Positions 38,086-47,916 of a DNA stretch of 51,107 nt are shown piece after piece. A model generated the notes under the pieces. That model saw only the letters and a list, made by a program, of their open reading frames with translations, was not told the origin of the DNA and made no database searches. A program made the translations under genes and the position numbers. Source of the stretch: an uncultured Oscillospiraceae bacterium (GTDB lineage: Bacteria > Bacillota > Clostridia > Saccharofermentanales > UBA5734); contig CAZOHH010000006.1 of NCBI GenBank assembly GCA_964579735.1, positions 1-51,107 of the forward strand. Reading direction: 5' to 3'. How positions within the stretch are numbered: the stretch's first letter is position 1; each line of letters starts with the position of its first letter.

Positions 38086-38349
38086 ATGGATGGAATCCTG
38101 AAGATCCTGATGATTGTCCTCGGAGTCATTCTTACGCTCTTCGGACTCGTTGTCGTCTATGCTGCACCCGTGATCGTCGACAAGAGGGGCCTTGCGGCGA
38201 ATCGGAAGGTGGATCCGAAGATCCTCGAGCACCTTCCTCCGGAGGAGGTAGACCGCTATCGCCGCGACGGCGCCATCCTCGACCTGAAGATCAAGGGCGT
38301 GGCTTTCGCCGTGCCCGGCATGCTCCTGATCGTCATCGCCCTTCGCTGA
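38086..38349 (+). CDS. Small two-TM hypothetical membrane protein
   Basis: 87 aa, hydrophobic N- and C-termini with a charged loop, RBS GAGG, genome-like codon usage. Confidence 0.75.
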   Translation: MDGILKILMIVLGVILTLFGLVVVYAAPVIVDKRGLAANRKVDPKILEHLPPEEVDRYRRDGAILDLKIKGVAFAVPGMLLIVIALR

Positions 38350-38368
38350 CCCGCACGAGGAGGAACCC

Positions 38369-41020
38369 ATGGCACGCATCGACTCCATCCCGAAAGCCTT
38401 CGATCCCACCGGAACCGAAACCAGCATGTATGATGCCTGGGTCGACGCTGGCCTGTTCCATCCGCAGCCCGATCCGGCGAAGAAGCCGTTCACCATCGTC
38501 ATCCCGCCCCCCAACATCACCGGACAGCTCCATATGGGCCATGCCCTCAACAACACGCTGCAGGATATCCTGATCCGTTCCAAGCGGATGCAGGGATACG
38601 CCGCACTCTGGGTGCCGGGCGCCGACCATGCCTCCATCGCCACCGAGGCCAAGATCGTTGAAAAAATGGCCTTGGAGGGTCTGACGAAGGCTGGAATCGG
38701 TCGTGATGCTTTCCTCGAGCGCGCTTGGGACTGGAAGCGCGAGTATGGGAGCCGCATCATGGTCCAGCTCCGCCGCCTTGGAAGTTCCTGTGATTGGGAC
38801 CGCGAGCGGTTCACCATGGACGAGGGCCTGTCGAAGGCCGTGCAGGAAGTCTTCGTGCGCCTGTATCGCAAGGGTCTGATCTACCGCGGTGAACGCATCA
38901 TCAACTGGTGCCCGAAGTGTCTGACTTCGATTTCGGATGCCGAAGTGGAGTTCGAGGAACGGGACGGCAGATTCTGGCATATCCGATACCCGTTCGCGGA
39001 CGGTAGCGGGTTCGTGACCGTTGCGACCACCCGGCCCGAGACCATGCTGGGTGACACCGCCGTTGCGGTGCACCCCGAGGACGAGCGCTACGCCGCCCTC
39101 ATCGGAAAGATGCTGGTCCTGCCGCTCATGGACCGCCCGATTCCTCTCATCGCCGATACCTATGTCGACAAGGACTTCGGCACCGGCGCCGTGAAGATCA
39201 CTCCCGCCCACGACCCCAACGATTTCGAAGTAGGCGCACGCCACAAGCTGGCCGTGATCGACGTCATGACCCCCGACGCCCACATGTCCGAAGCCGCAGG
39301 ACGTTTCGCCGGTCTCGACCGGTACGAGTGCCGTAAGCAGGTCGTCGCGGAGCTCGAAGCGCTCGGATTGCTCGTGAAGACGGAGCCGCACAAGCACAAC
39401 GTCGGCACCTGCTACCGCTGCGACACGACCGTCGAACCGCGCGTCTCCCTGCAATGGTTCGTCCACATGGAACCTCTGGCCGCTCCTGCACTGGAAGCCG
39501 TGCGCGAGGGGCGAACGACTTTCGTTCCGGAACGCTTCGCCAAGACGTACTTCAACTGGATGGAGAACATCCGCGACTGGTGCATCTCCCGACAGCTCTG
39601 GTGGGGTCACCGGATCCCCGCCTTCTATTGCACGAATTGCGGTAAGACCCTCGTCGACGTCGAAGCTCCCGACGTCTGTCCGGACTGCGGAGGAACGAAC
39701 TTCCGACAGGACGAGGACACTCTCGACACCTGGTTCAGCTCGGCTCTTTGGCCTTTCTCCACGTTGGGGTGGCCCGACTCGACCGAGGACTTGAAGTATT
39801 TCTACCCTACGGACGTACTGGTCACTGCCTATGAGATCATCTTCTTCTGGGTCGCCCGCATGATCTTCTCCGGTCTCGAGTTCATGGGGGAGACACCCTT
39901 CCACCATGTGCTGATTCACGGCATCGTCCGCGATGACCAGGGTCGAAAGATGTCCAAGTCCCTCGGCAATGGGATCGACCCGCTCGACGTGATCGACCGC
40001 ACCGGCGCCGATGCACTGCGCTTCGCCCTCGTTTCCGGCACTGCGCTCGGCATCGATCAGCGCCTGTCCGACGAGAAGATCGAAGCCGGCCGCAATTTCG
40101 TCAACAAGATCTGGAACGCCCACAGATTCGTCCTCATGAATTTCGAGGATGATCTGGATTTCGCCGACGTCGACCCCGCCCGCTTCACCATGGAGGACCG
40201 CTGGATCCTTTCAAGCTTCAATTCCGTCACGGCGGAAGTCACGGCCAACCTGGAGAAATACGAGACTGGCCTAGCGCTCGGCAAGGTCTACGGGTTTCTC
40301 TGGGAGGAGTATTGCGACTGGTACATCGAGATGACCAAGCCGCGCCTCTTCGACAAGTCCGCTCCAGGCCGCCTCGAGGCACAATACGTGCTCAACTGGG
40401 TTCTCTGCGGCGCGATGCGCCTGCTCCACCCTTTCATGCCTTTCGTGACCGAAGCCGTCTACCAGAATCTGATCCACCCGGCAGGCTCCATCGTCATTGC
40501 CGAGTGGCCCATCTTCGATTCTTCACTGGACCGACCTGACGAGGAGAAACGCATGGGCGTGCTCATGGACGCCGTGCGTGCGCTGCGCAACCTCCGCTCG
40601 GGGCTGGCCGTGCCCCCATCCCGGAAGGCCGGCATCGTCGTCGTGTCGCAGGATGCGGACGTTCGTGGGATGTTCTCGGTCGGAGGGGCCCTTCTCGAGC
40701 GGCTGGCCTCCGTCTCCTCACTCGAGGTGCGCCCGACGCGCGATGGAATCCCCTCTACGGCCGTCACCGCGGTCTTCGGGGGTGGTGAGCTTTTCGTACC
40801 GCTGGAGGATCTCATCGACATCGGCAAGGAGATTGAACGCCTGACGCTGGAGCGCGACCGACTGGACAAGGAGATCGAGCGTGTCGGCGGCAAACTGTCC
40901 AACGTCGAGTTCGCATCGAAGGCACCTGCGAAGGTCATCGACGTTGAACGCGAGAAGCTCTTGAAATACGGGGAGATGCGCGAGGCCGTTCTGGAACGCC
41001 TGAAGGGACTTGGAGTCTAA
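38369..41020 (+). CDS. valS: Valine--tRNA ligase
   Basis: PPPNITGQLHMGH, DWCISRQLWWGH, KMSKS, C-terminal coiled coil. Confidence 0.98.
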   Translation: MARIDSIPKAFDPTGTETSMYDAWVDAGLFHPQPDPAKKPFTIVIPPPNITGQLHMGHALNNTLQDILIRSKRMQGYAALWVPGADHASIATEAKIVEKMALEGLTKAGIGRDAFLERAWDWKREYGSRIMVQLRRLGSSCDWDRERFTMDEGLSKAVQEVFVRLYRKGLIYRGERIINWCPKCLTSISDAEVEFEERDGRFWHIRYPFADGSGFVTVATTRPETMLGDTAVAVHPEDERYAALIGKMLVLPLMDRPIPLIADTYVDKDFGTGAVKITPAHDPNDFEVGARHKLAVIDVMTPDAHMSEAAGRFAGLDRYECRKQVVAELEALGLLVKTEPHKHNVGTCYRCDTTVEPRVSLQWFVHMEPLAAPALEAVREGRTTFVPERFAKTYFNWMENIRDWCISRQLWWGHRIPAFYCTNCGKTLVDVEAPDVCPDCGGTNFRQDEDTLDTWFSSALWPFSTLGWPDSTEDLKYFYPTDVLVTAYEIIFFWVARMIFSGLEFMGETPFHHVLIHGIVRDDQGRKMSKSLGNGIDPLDVIDRTGADALRFALVSGTALGIDQRLSDEKIEAGRNFVNKIWNAHRFVLMNFEDDLDFADVDPARFTMEDRWILSSFNSVTAEVTANLEKYETGLALGKVYGFLWEEYCDWYIEMTKPRLFDKSAPGRLEAQYVLNWVLCGAMRLLHPFMPFVTEAVYQNLIHPAGSIVIAEWPIFDSSLDRPDEEKRMGVLMDAVRALRNLRSGLAVPPSRKAGIVVVSQDADVRGMFSVGGALLERLASVSSLEVRPTRDGIPSTAVTAVFGGGELFVPLEDLIDIGKEIERLTLERDRLDKEIERVGGKLSNVEFASKAPAKVIDVEREKLLKYGEMREAVLERLKGLGV

Positions 41021-41123
41021 CTCTGCGCCGGAAGACCGGACACGGTACCCTGAAGATGTCAACAAGCCGAGGAATGGGCACATGGACAGATGCATTTCAT
41101 GCATTTGTCGGAGGCGGTTCGAA

Positions 41124-41152
41124 TTGACGGAAAATGCCCGACAAACTACAAT
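41124..41152 (+). promoter_or_regulatory. sigmaA promoter of fba
   Basis: TTGACG-17-TACAAT. Confidence 0.7.
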
Positions 41153-41217
41153 GGATAAGGCGCGAACAAACGGACCGCGCGCAGTCCGATACCCAAGATG
41201 CGAAGGAGTTGAATGCC

Positions 41218-42147
41218 ATGGGACTCGTCACATCCACTGAAATGTTCAAGAAGGCCTATGCCGGCGGCTATGCCATCGGTGCCTTCAATGTCAACAACAT
41301 GGAGATCGTCCAGGGAATCACCGAAGCCGCGAAGGAAGTCAACGCGCCGCTGATTCTGCAGGTCTCCGCCGGCGCCCGCAAGTACGCCAAGCACGTGTAC
41401 CTGATGAAGCTGATCGAAGCAGCGATCGAAGATACCGGTCTTCCCATCGTCGTGCACCTCGACCACGGCGACGACTTCGAGATCTGCAAGTCCTGCATCG
41501 ATGGCGGGTTCACGTCCGTCATGATCGACGGCTCCAAGCATTCCTTCGAGGAGAACATCCGCCTGACCAAGCAGGTCGTCGACTATGCGCACGCCCACGG
41601 CGTCGTCGTCGAAGGCGAGCTCGGCAAGCTGGCCGGCATCGAGGACGCGGTCCAGGTCGCCGCCCATGAAGCCTCCTACACCGACCCGGCGCAGGTCGAG
41701 GAGTTCGTCACCCGCACCGGCGTCGATTCCCTCGCCATCGCCATCGGCACCAGCCATGGCGCTTTCAAGTTCAAGGGAGAGCCCCAGCTCCGCTTCGATA
41801 TCCTCGAAGAGGTCTCCCGCCGTCTCCCCGGATTCCCCATCGTGCTACACGGTGCCTCCTCCGTCATTCCCGAGCTCGTCGAGAAGATCAATAAATACGG
41901 CGGCGCGATGCCCGGCGCTCGCGGCGTCCCGGAAGAGATGCTCCGCCAGGCCGCTGCAAGCTCCGTCTGCAAGATCAACATCGATTCCGACCTGCGTCTC
42001 GCCATGACCGCTTCGATCCGCGAGTATTTCGGAGAGCACCCCGGGGACTTCGACCCGCGCCAGTACCTGAAGCCTGCGCGCGACGCGATTCGCTCCCTCG
42101 TGAAGAACAAGCTGGTCAACGTCCTCGGCTGCGACGGCAAGGCATAA
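41218..42147 (+). CDS. fba: Class II fructose-1,6-bisphosphate aldolase
   Basis: AFNVNNME, HLDHG, GTSHGAFK, VLHGAS, KINIDSD, FDPRQYL. Confidence 0.96.
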   Translation: MGLVTSTEMFKKAYAGGYAIGAFNVNNMEIVQGITEAAKEVNAPLILQVSAGARKYAKHVYLMKLIEAAIEDTGLPIVVHLDHGDDFEICKSCIDGGFTSVMIDGSKHSFEENIRLTKQVVDYAHAHGVVVEGELGKLAGIEDAVQVAAHEASYTDPAQVEEFVTRTGVDSLAIAIGTSHGAFKFKGEPQLRFDILEEVSRRLPGFPIVLHGASSVIPELVEKINKYGGAMPGARGVPEEMLRQAAASSVCKINIDSDLRLAMTASIREYFGEHPGDFDPRQYLKPARDAIRSLVKNKLVNVLGCDGKA

Positions 42148-42195
42148 GTCGTCTCGACTGCAGGGAATCGGACCCGCCGACTCCTCGTCTGGCTC

Positions 42196-42229
42196 ACAAG
42201 GCGCTCCTTCATAAGAAGGGGCGCCTTGT
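42196..42229 (+). terminator. Hairpin after fba
   Basis: ACAAGGCGCTCCTTC-ATAA-GAAGGGGCGCCTTGT. Confidence 0.6.
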
Positions 42230-42396
42230 CCATATGCACCTTTCGTGCAGAAGCGCAGACTTTCGCACTCCCGGACGCTGGATTTCTCCGCTTCGACAGG
42301 CCTTCATCGGCTTGATGCGCCTCGTTCTTCATCGTATGATGACCAAGGTCCATTCAGAATGGGCAAGAATCGGCTTTGCATAAAGGAGTAGGGGAA

Positions 42397-43344
42397 ATGA
42401 AGAAGGGGTCTAAGGTCGCAATCATCGGAGCAGGATTCGTAGGGGCCTCCGCGGCGTATGCCATGGCCATCAACCAGCTCTGCAACGAACTGGTGCTCAT
42501 CGACGTCAACAAGGAGAAGGCTCTGGGCGAAGCGATGGACATCAGCCATGCGCTCGCTTTCCTCGGTCAGATGGACATCTACGCTGGCGATTACAGCGAT
42601 GTGAAGGATTGCGATGTCATCATCATTACGGCTGGCGCCAACCGAAAGCCTGGCGAAACGCGCCTGGACCTCGCGAAGAAGAACGTCGCGATCGCCAAGA
42701 GCATCACCGCGAGCATCATGGAGCACTACAACACGGGCGTCATCCTCGTCGTCGCGAACCCTGTCGACGTCCTGACGTATATGATCACGAAGTGGTCCGG
42801 GCTTCCCAAGGGTCGGGTGCTCGGCACGGGAACCGTACTCGATAGCCTGCGTTTCCGTTACAACCTCAGCCGCAAGTTCAACGTGGACGTCAAGAACATC
42901 CACGGCTATATGATCGGAGAGCACGGCGACACGCAGATCCCCGCATGGAGCGCGACGCATATCGCCGGTCTGAGCATCGAGGAGTACTGCCACACGTCCG
43001 GTATCGAGTTCACGGAGGTGGAGCGCGCCGCCGTCATCGAGGACACCAAGAAGTCCGGTGCCACCATCATCAAGAACAAGGGTGCGACCTACTACGCCAT
43101 CGGCATCACGATCAACACCATCGTCGAAACCCTTTTGAAGAACCAGAACACCATTCGCACGGTCGGGAGCGTGATCGACGGTCCCCATGGCCTCCACGAC
43201 GTCGTGCTGAGCCTTCCGTCCGTTGTCAACTCCCGCGGCGTCGAGAGGGTCCTGGAGCTCAACCTGACGCCGGAGGAACTGGCCGGTCTCAAGGCCTCCG
43301 CCGAAGCCGTCCGGCTCGTCATCGAAGAAATCAAGGATCTGTAG
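42397..43344 (+). CDS. mdh: LDH-like malate dehydrogenase (LDH/MDH superfamily, Arg at the specificity position)
   Basis: GAGFVG, GANRKPGETRLDL (R where LDHs have Q), GEHGD, KGATYY. Confidence 0.75.
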   Translation: MKKGSKVAIIGAGFVGASAAYAMAINQLCNELVLIDVNKEKALGEAMDISHALAFLGQMDIYAGDYSDVKDCDVIIITAGANRKPGETRLDLAKKNVAIAKSITASIMEHYNTGVILVVANPVDVLTYMITKWSGLPKGRVLGTGTVLDSLRFRYNLSRKFNVDVKNIHGYMIGEHGDTQIPAWSATHIAGLSIEEYCHTSGIEFTEVERAAVIEDTKKSGATIIKNKGATYYAIGITINTIVETLLKNQNTIRTVGSVIDGPHGLHDVVLSLPSVVNSRGVERVLELNLTPEELAGLKASAEAVRLVIEEIKDL

Positions 43345-43382
43345 GGAATAGAGTCCAGTATTCGGCAAGGCATTCCGAAACA

Positions 43383-43420
43383 AAAGAGAAGCGGCTCCGT
43401 GAAGACGGGGCCGCTTCTTT
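43383..43420. terminator. Bidirectional intrinsic terminator
   Basis: AGAAGCGGCTCCGT-GAAG-ACGGGGCCGCTTCT with A/T-rich flanks, between convergent genes. Confidence 0.8.
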
Positions 43421-43465
43421 TCCAGTCCTATGGAGTAGAACAGGTGATCATCCCCCACCCGTCCC

Positions 43466-45310
43466 TCAGGGGAGATCCAGCAGCAGATAGCCGTCGATGC
43501 TGACGTTCTGGACGGTCACGACGCCGGACGACCGGATGAAATTGCCGTTGAGGTTTCTGGCGACGAAGGCGACCTTGATTCCGCCCGAATCCGATATGCG
43601 GGTCAGATCAGCGGTCGGCAGGGGTGTCTCTCCATTCAAGTTGTCTGGGTTCGCGGCGATGATCTCGGCGGCGTAAGCGGCCATGTCGATGTCGGTCAGG
43701 CGCTTCCCGTCCTTCCAGACGGACAGGGTCATGGAGGGTCCGTCCACCGTCGTCGTAACACCGACCGCCGCGGGGCTCGACCCCTTGGAAGCTGTGGGGT
43801 CCAGGTAGGCGGATATCGGTACGAGGATATCGTATCCGGAGATGTCGAGTTGGGCATTGTTCGCGAGGTCCGAACTGAAATTGAAGTAGGCCTGCACTTC
43901 GTCTGGATTTCCTCCAGGAACAGAGGTGGTGGAGATACCGAGCTGTGAGACGGCAGCCTCGGCGGATGGCAGGTCGGCAGGCAGCACGCGCAGCGCGGTC
44001 AATCCGTAGCTTCCGGCGAACCGGGAGGCGATGGAGTCCAGGGAATTCTGGTCCTCTGCACTGAAAGCGGGAGGGGTGGCAGGGAGGACCAGCGTACCTT
44101 CGTCCACGAGGGAATACTTCTCGAGGATCGTGGTGAAGCGAGCGTTCTGGGACCACTTCGTGATGGAGAATACGCTCAGCGGGCCGACCACGGCGATCAC
44201 GGCCACGAGGGCGAGAGTCGCTGGAATCAACGCAGGACTCCTGTAGGGGGTCTTCGAACGCACGGCGAACAGGACGGTGACGGCGATGACCCAGAGGCCG
44301 GCGATCGCGCCGAGGTATCGCGGCTCCGTGAATCCGTAGGCGAAAATCCGGATTCCCAGGGAGAACATCATCATGGCCTCGAGGGGCAGGAGCACGAAGG
44401 GCATCCAACGCGAGAACAGGTCCGCGAAGCGCGACTTTTCCCGAAGGGGGATGATGGCGATCAAAACGAGCAGGACGATAGCGGCGTACCAGAAGACCAG
44501 ATTGAACACCATGTTCACGGGCATCGTGAGAGTGAATAGGATCTTGAGGAGGTAGCCGTAGAGGATGAAGGTATAGACCGAGGCGATGGGGGCGATGATG
44601 TAGAGGCCGAGGACCTTGATGAAGAGGGAATATTCGCGCTGCTGGGCTTCGTGGTCCGGGCGGGGGATTCCGGAGAGGAAGAAGACCGGTGCGAAGACGG
44701 CCCAGGTCGCGGCGACGATGTCGATGTAGATCTTCGAATCCACATGGAGAACAAAGAGAAGGTCCGCAGCGGCGATGACGCCACAGATTCCGCCGTAGAT
44801 GGCGTTGGTGAAGATGGAGGTGATGAGGATCCGGAAGAAGAGCTGGATCTGCTCGGTGACGAACCGCGGTCGGGAGACGAGTCGTGGGATGGCGATGAAG
44901 AGGAGAACCGATGCCAACCCCAGTCCGGCGACACGCCCGGGTACGACCAGCCCACCGCCCGCTTGCCAGTCCGATGTGAGGAAGAGCCCGAACAAGGCGA
45001 GGGCGGCGGCCGTAGCGGTCTGGGAGAGTGCGCGGAGGAGGCGCATCGGACGTTCGTCCCCCTTGCCCGCGAGACGTTCGACAAGAAGCGTGACGGCGGC
45101 GGAAAGCGGAAGACCGAGGCCAAGGGTCATCGCTGTGCGTGCGAGGAAGTCCTCGACTTCCTTCGGGAGGGTCCCGGCGTGGTTCATGTAGATGGTGATG
45201 ACGCCGAGGGTCAGGGCGTAGAGCAGCGTGGAAGGAAAGCGGAGGGCGACTTGCGCGAAAGCGAGACGGGTTTTTTGGAGAACTCTGGCAAGGAAGCTTT
45301 TCATGCCCAT
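43466..45310 (-). CDS. DUF4153-like polytopic membrane protein
   Basis: About 10 TMs, RFP N-terminus, IRIFAYGFTEPRY, GPLSVFSITKWSQNARF, C-terminal extracytoplasmic domain. Confidence 0.78.
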   Translation of the reverse strand: MGMKSFLARVLQKTRLAFAQVALRFPSTLLYALTLGVITIYMNHAGTLPKEVEDFLARTAMTLGLGLPLSAAVTLLVERLAGKGDERPMRLLRALSQTATAAALALFGLFLTSDWQAGGGLVVPGRVAGLGLASVLLFIAIPRLVSRPRFVTEQIQLFFRILITSIFTNAIYGGICGVIAAADLLFVLHVDSKIYIDIVAATWAVFAPVFFLSGIPRPDHEAQQREYSLFIKVLGLYIIAPIASVYTFILYGYLLKILFTLTMPVNMVFNLVFWYAAIVLLVLIAIIPLREKSRFADLFSRWMPFVLLPLEAMMMFSLGIRIFAYGFTEPRYLGAIAGLWVIAVTVLFAVRSKTPYRSPALIPATLALVAVIAVVGPLSVFSITKWSQNARFTTILEKYSLVDEGTLVLPATPPAFSAEDQNSLDSIASRFAGSYGLTALRVLPADLPSAEAAVSQLGISTTSVPGGNPDEVQAYFNFSSDLANNAQLDISGYDILVPISAYLDPTASKGSSPAAVGVTTTVDGPSMTLSVWKDGKRLTDIDMAAYAAEIIAANPDNLNGETPLPTADLTRISDSGGIKVAFVARNLNGNFIRSSGVVTVQNVSIDGYLLLDLP

Positions 45311-45443
45311 GAGGACCTCGTTTCTGTCGGCTGGGAGGCCGAAGGTGTGTGGAAGTGTTGGACCGATTATACCTCATTGTTTTGACATGCAAAGCATCCT
45401 GTGTGACAATCGAGTCGTTGGGGATCCAAAGACGGGTCGAGAA

Positions 45444-45890
45444 CTAGACCGCTTTGGTGAGGTCAGCTCCAGGACAACGGAGACGTAGGTCGGCGAGGAA
45501 CCCTTCGCGATCGAGCGGGGATATCAGGGTGATCTGGAAGGCTTTCGCGCCGTAGCGGATCTCCAGCCGGTCCCGGGAGAGTGCGGCCGAAGACAGCATG
45601 TTGCTTGTCGCGCGAACCGTCAGGATCCTGTCGAGACGGAGACTCTCCTTGAAAGGTCCTGTATGGGAGACGAGGAAGTCACCGACGAATTCGTAGTAGG
45701 TGCCGAGCCAGATCCAACCCATCAGGATGGCCAGCAGGAGCGTGATGGAGCCCGAGACCAGCAGGGCGGAGAGGTCCTCGAGGCCGGCGAACACCGAAGC
45801 GGCTCCACTGACGAACACGGTGGACCAGATCAGGACGGCGAAGACACCATCCTTCTTGGAATCGTAGCGGGTAGAGGACGGCAGCGTCAT
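45444..45890 (-). CDS. Two-TM plus bacterial PH-domain protein (YyaB-like)
   Basis: SKKD, TYYE...GPFKE...SSAALSRDRLEIRYG, ISP; RBS AGGAGG. Confidence 0.8.
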   Translation of the reverse strand: MTLPSSTRYDSKKDGVFAVLIWSTVFVSGAASVFAGLEDLSALLVSGSITLLLAILMGWIWLGTYYEFVGDFLVSHTGPFKESLRLDRILTVRATSNMLSSAALSRDRLEIRYGAKAFQITLISPLDREGFLADLRLRCPGADLTKAV

Positions 45891-45932
45891 GGATATCACC
45901 TCCTGTCCCCATCATAGCAGAGGAGAGTCCAC

Positions 45933-47060
45933 ATGAGATATGCGCTCGTCGGTTGCGGCAAGGTCGCGGAAAAGCACTTGAAAGCCGCACTCGCCCATAA
46001 GGGGCGCCTCGAGATCGTCGCCCTCGTCGACCGGGATCCGAAGGCACCGGCCAGACTGCTCGACCGCTGCAAGGTAAACCATTCGGTCCGCTCGAGAATC
46101 ACCCTCTTCGAGGATCATGCTGAGATGCTCCTCGCTGCGAAACCCGAGATCGTCGCCATCACGACGCCGAGCGGCACCCATGCCGCCATCGGCATCGACG
46201 CCATCTCGGCCGGCGCCCATGTCCTCGTCGAGAAGCCCCTGACGCTCGACCTCGCCGACGCGGACCGTCTTCTAGACGTCGCCCGCGGTTCGGATCGGCG
46301 CATCGCCGTAGGCCATATGTACCGCTTCTTCCCGATGGTCGACCTCCTGAAGGCGGACCTCGACGCCGGCCGCTTCGGCCGCGTCCTCTTCGGCGACGTG
46401 AAGGTCCGATGGGGACATGGTCAGGACTACTACGACCAGGGAGCCTGGCGCGGCACCTGGGCTGCCGACGGCGGTGCCCTCATGAACCAGAGCATCCATG
46501 CCTTCGACCTCATGACCTGGCTGATGGGTCGCTCGCCAAGGGCCGTTGAGGAAGTGTCTGGAACCATCGCCCGCATGGACCGGGTCATGGAAGCCGAGGA
46601 CTACGGCGCCGCCGTCCTGCGATTCCATGACGGAGCCATCTGCATGCTCGAAGGCACGACGCTCACAGACCCGCACCGCAAGGAGGCGTCCTTTTTTCTT
46701 CAGTGCACCGGCGGTTCGATCCGCGCCGGACTTTACAAGGGCATCCCCAGAGTCGAGATCCGCGACGCCTCAGGAAAGAGTCTCCTTGGCGGATACCTGC
46801 GGCGCTGGTTGGCGCTCTCCCTCCGGACACCATCGGGCCGAATGTCCCTGAGAAATCTGAAGAACGCCCACACGGCGCTCTACGGAGATTTCCTCGACTC
46901 GGTCCGCGACGGGCGCAGCCCTCGAGCGGACGGCGCATCCGGGCGCGACGCGTTGGAACTCGTCCTCGCCATCTACCGCTCCGCGTCGACCCGCGGCACG
47001 GTGGCGATGCCCTTGGAAGAGGGATCGACACGGGAAATGAAGGGGTTCTTCGAGCGCTGA
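45933..47060 (+). CDS. Gfo/Idh/MocA-family NAD(P) oxidoreductase
   Basis: VGCGKVA, TPSGTH, VEKP, WRGTWAADGGALMNQSIHAFDL. Confidence 0.93.
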   Translation: MRYALVGCGKVAEKHLKAALAHKGRLEIVALVDRDPKAPARLLDRCKVNHSVRSRITLFEDHAEMLLAAKPEIVAITTPSGTHAAIGIDAISAGAHVLVEKPLTLDLADADRLLDVARGSDRRIAVGHMYRFFPMVDLLKADLDAGRFGRVLFGDVKVRWGHGQDYYDQGAWRGTWAADGGALMNQSIHAFDLMTWLMGRSPRAVEEVSGTIARMDRVMEAEDYGAAVLRFHDGAICMLEGTTLTDPHRKEASFFLQCTGGSIRAGLYKGIPRVEIRDASGKSLLGGYLRRWLALSLRTPSGRMSLRNLKNAHTALYGDFLDSVRDGRSPRADGASGRDALELVLAIYRSASTRGTVAMPLEEGSTREMKGFFER

Positions 47061-47094
47061 CGACAGCGACCCCACCGACCGAAGGAGGTTCACC

Positions 47095-47916
47095 ATGCAA
47101 GCACCGTCTTCCTCGGATCATCCGAAATCCAGCCCTGCCGGAAGGCTCCTCCCCTGGCTCTGCGCCATCGGATTCCTCTGCGTCCTCGTCGTCAACTCCC
47201 TTTCCGCCGCTCTGCCCCTCAATGGCCGGACGCCCGGCGAAATCTCGGACTCCTTTCCCAACCTCTTCGTGCCCGCCGGTCTGACATTCTCCATTTGGGG
47301 CCTGATCTACATCGCACTGGCCGTCTTCACGGTCCGCCAGTTCCAGTCCCGTTCCAACACCGCACGTACGGGCTGGCTCTTCATTCTCTCCTGCGTGGCG
47401 AATGTCGCTTGGATCTTCCTGTGGCACTACGGTCAGGTAGCAGGTTCCCTCATCGCCATGCTCGTCCTGCTCGGTTCCTTGATAGCCCTCGACCGGGCAC
47501 AGGATCCGAACCGGCACGTAACGCACGACCGTTCCACAACCTGGCTTTCAGTCGTTCCCATCCGTATCTACCTTGGCTGGATCTCCGTGGCCACCATCGC
47601 CAACGCGACGGCTTTGCTCGTGGACGTCGGATGGAACGGATTCGGCATCTCCGCCACCGCCTGGACGTTGGTCGTGGTGGCCGTCGCATGCCTCCTCGGC
47701 GTGGCCCGACTTCTCCTGCAACGGGACATCGCATACGCCTCCGTCGTGCTCTGGGCTTTCCTCGGTATCCTGATCAAGCACGTGGACTTCTTCAACGGGG
47801 AGTACCGCGGGATCATCGGAGGAGTCGTCCTTGGAATCCTGATTCTCCTGTCCGGCATCGCCAATATCGCCGTTTCGGCCTTGCGTGCTCCGCAAAGAAA
47901 GGGAACCACGAAATGA
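47095..47916 (+). CDS. TspO/MBR-related tryptophan-rich membrane protein
   Basis: LPLNGRTPGEISDSFPNLFVPAGLTFSIWGLIY, IYLGWISVATIAN, about 7-8 TMs. Confidence 0.78.
   Translation: MQAPSSSDHPKSSPAGRLLPWLCAIGFLCVLVVNSLSAALPLNGRTPGEISDSFPNLFVPAGLTFSIWGLIYIALAVFTVRQFQSRSNTARTGWLFILSCVANVAWIFLWHYGQVAGSLIAMLVLLGSLIALDRAQDPNRHVTHDRSTTWLSVVPIRIYLGWISVATIANATALLVDVGWNGFGISATAWTLVVVAVACLLGVARLLLQRDIAYASVVLWAFLGILIKHVDFFNGEYRGIIGGVVLGILILLSGIANIAVSALRAPQRKGTTK

Noticed and set aside
47295-47912. 5' extension of the 626-aa ORF
   Set aside because: Overlaps the TspO-like gene out of frame; the real start is the coupled ATG at 47913.
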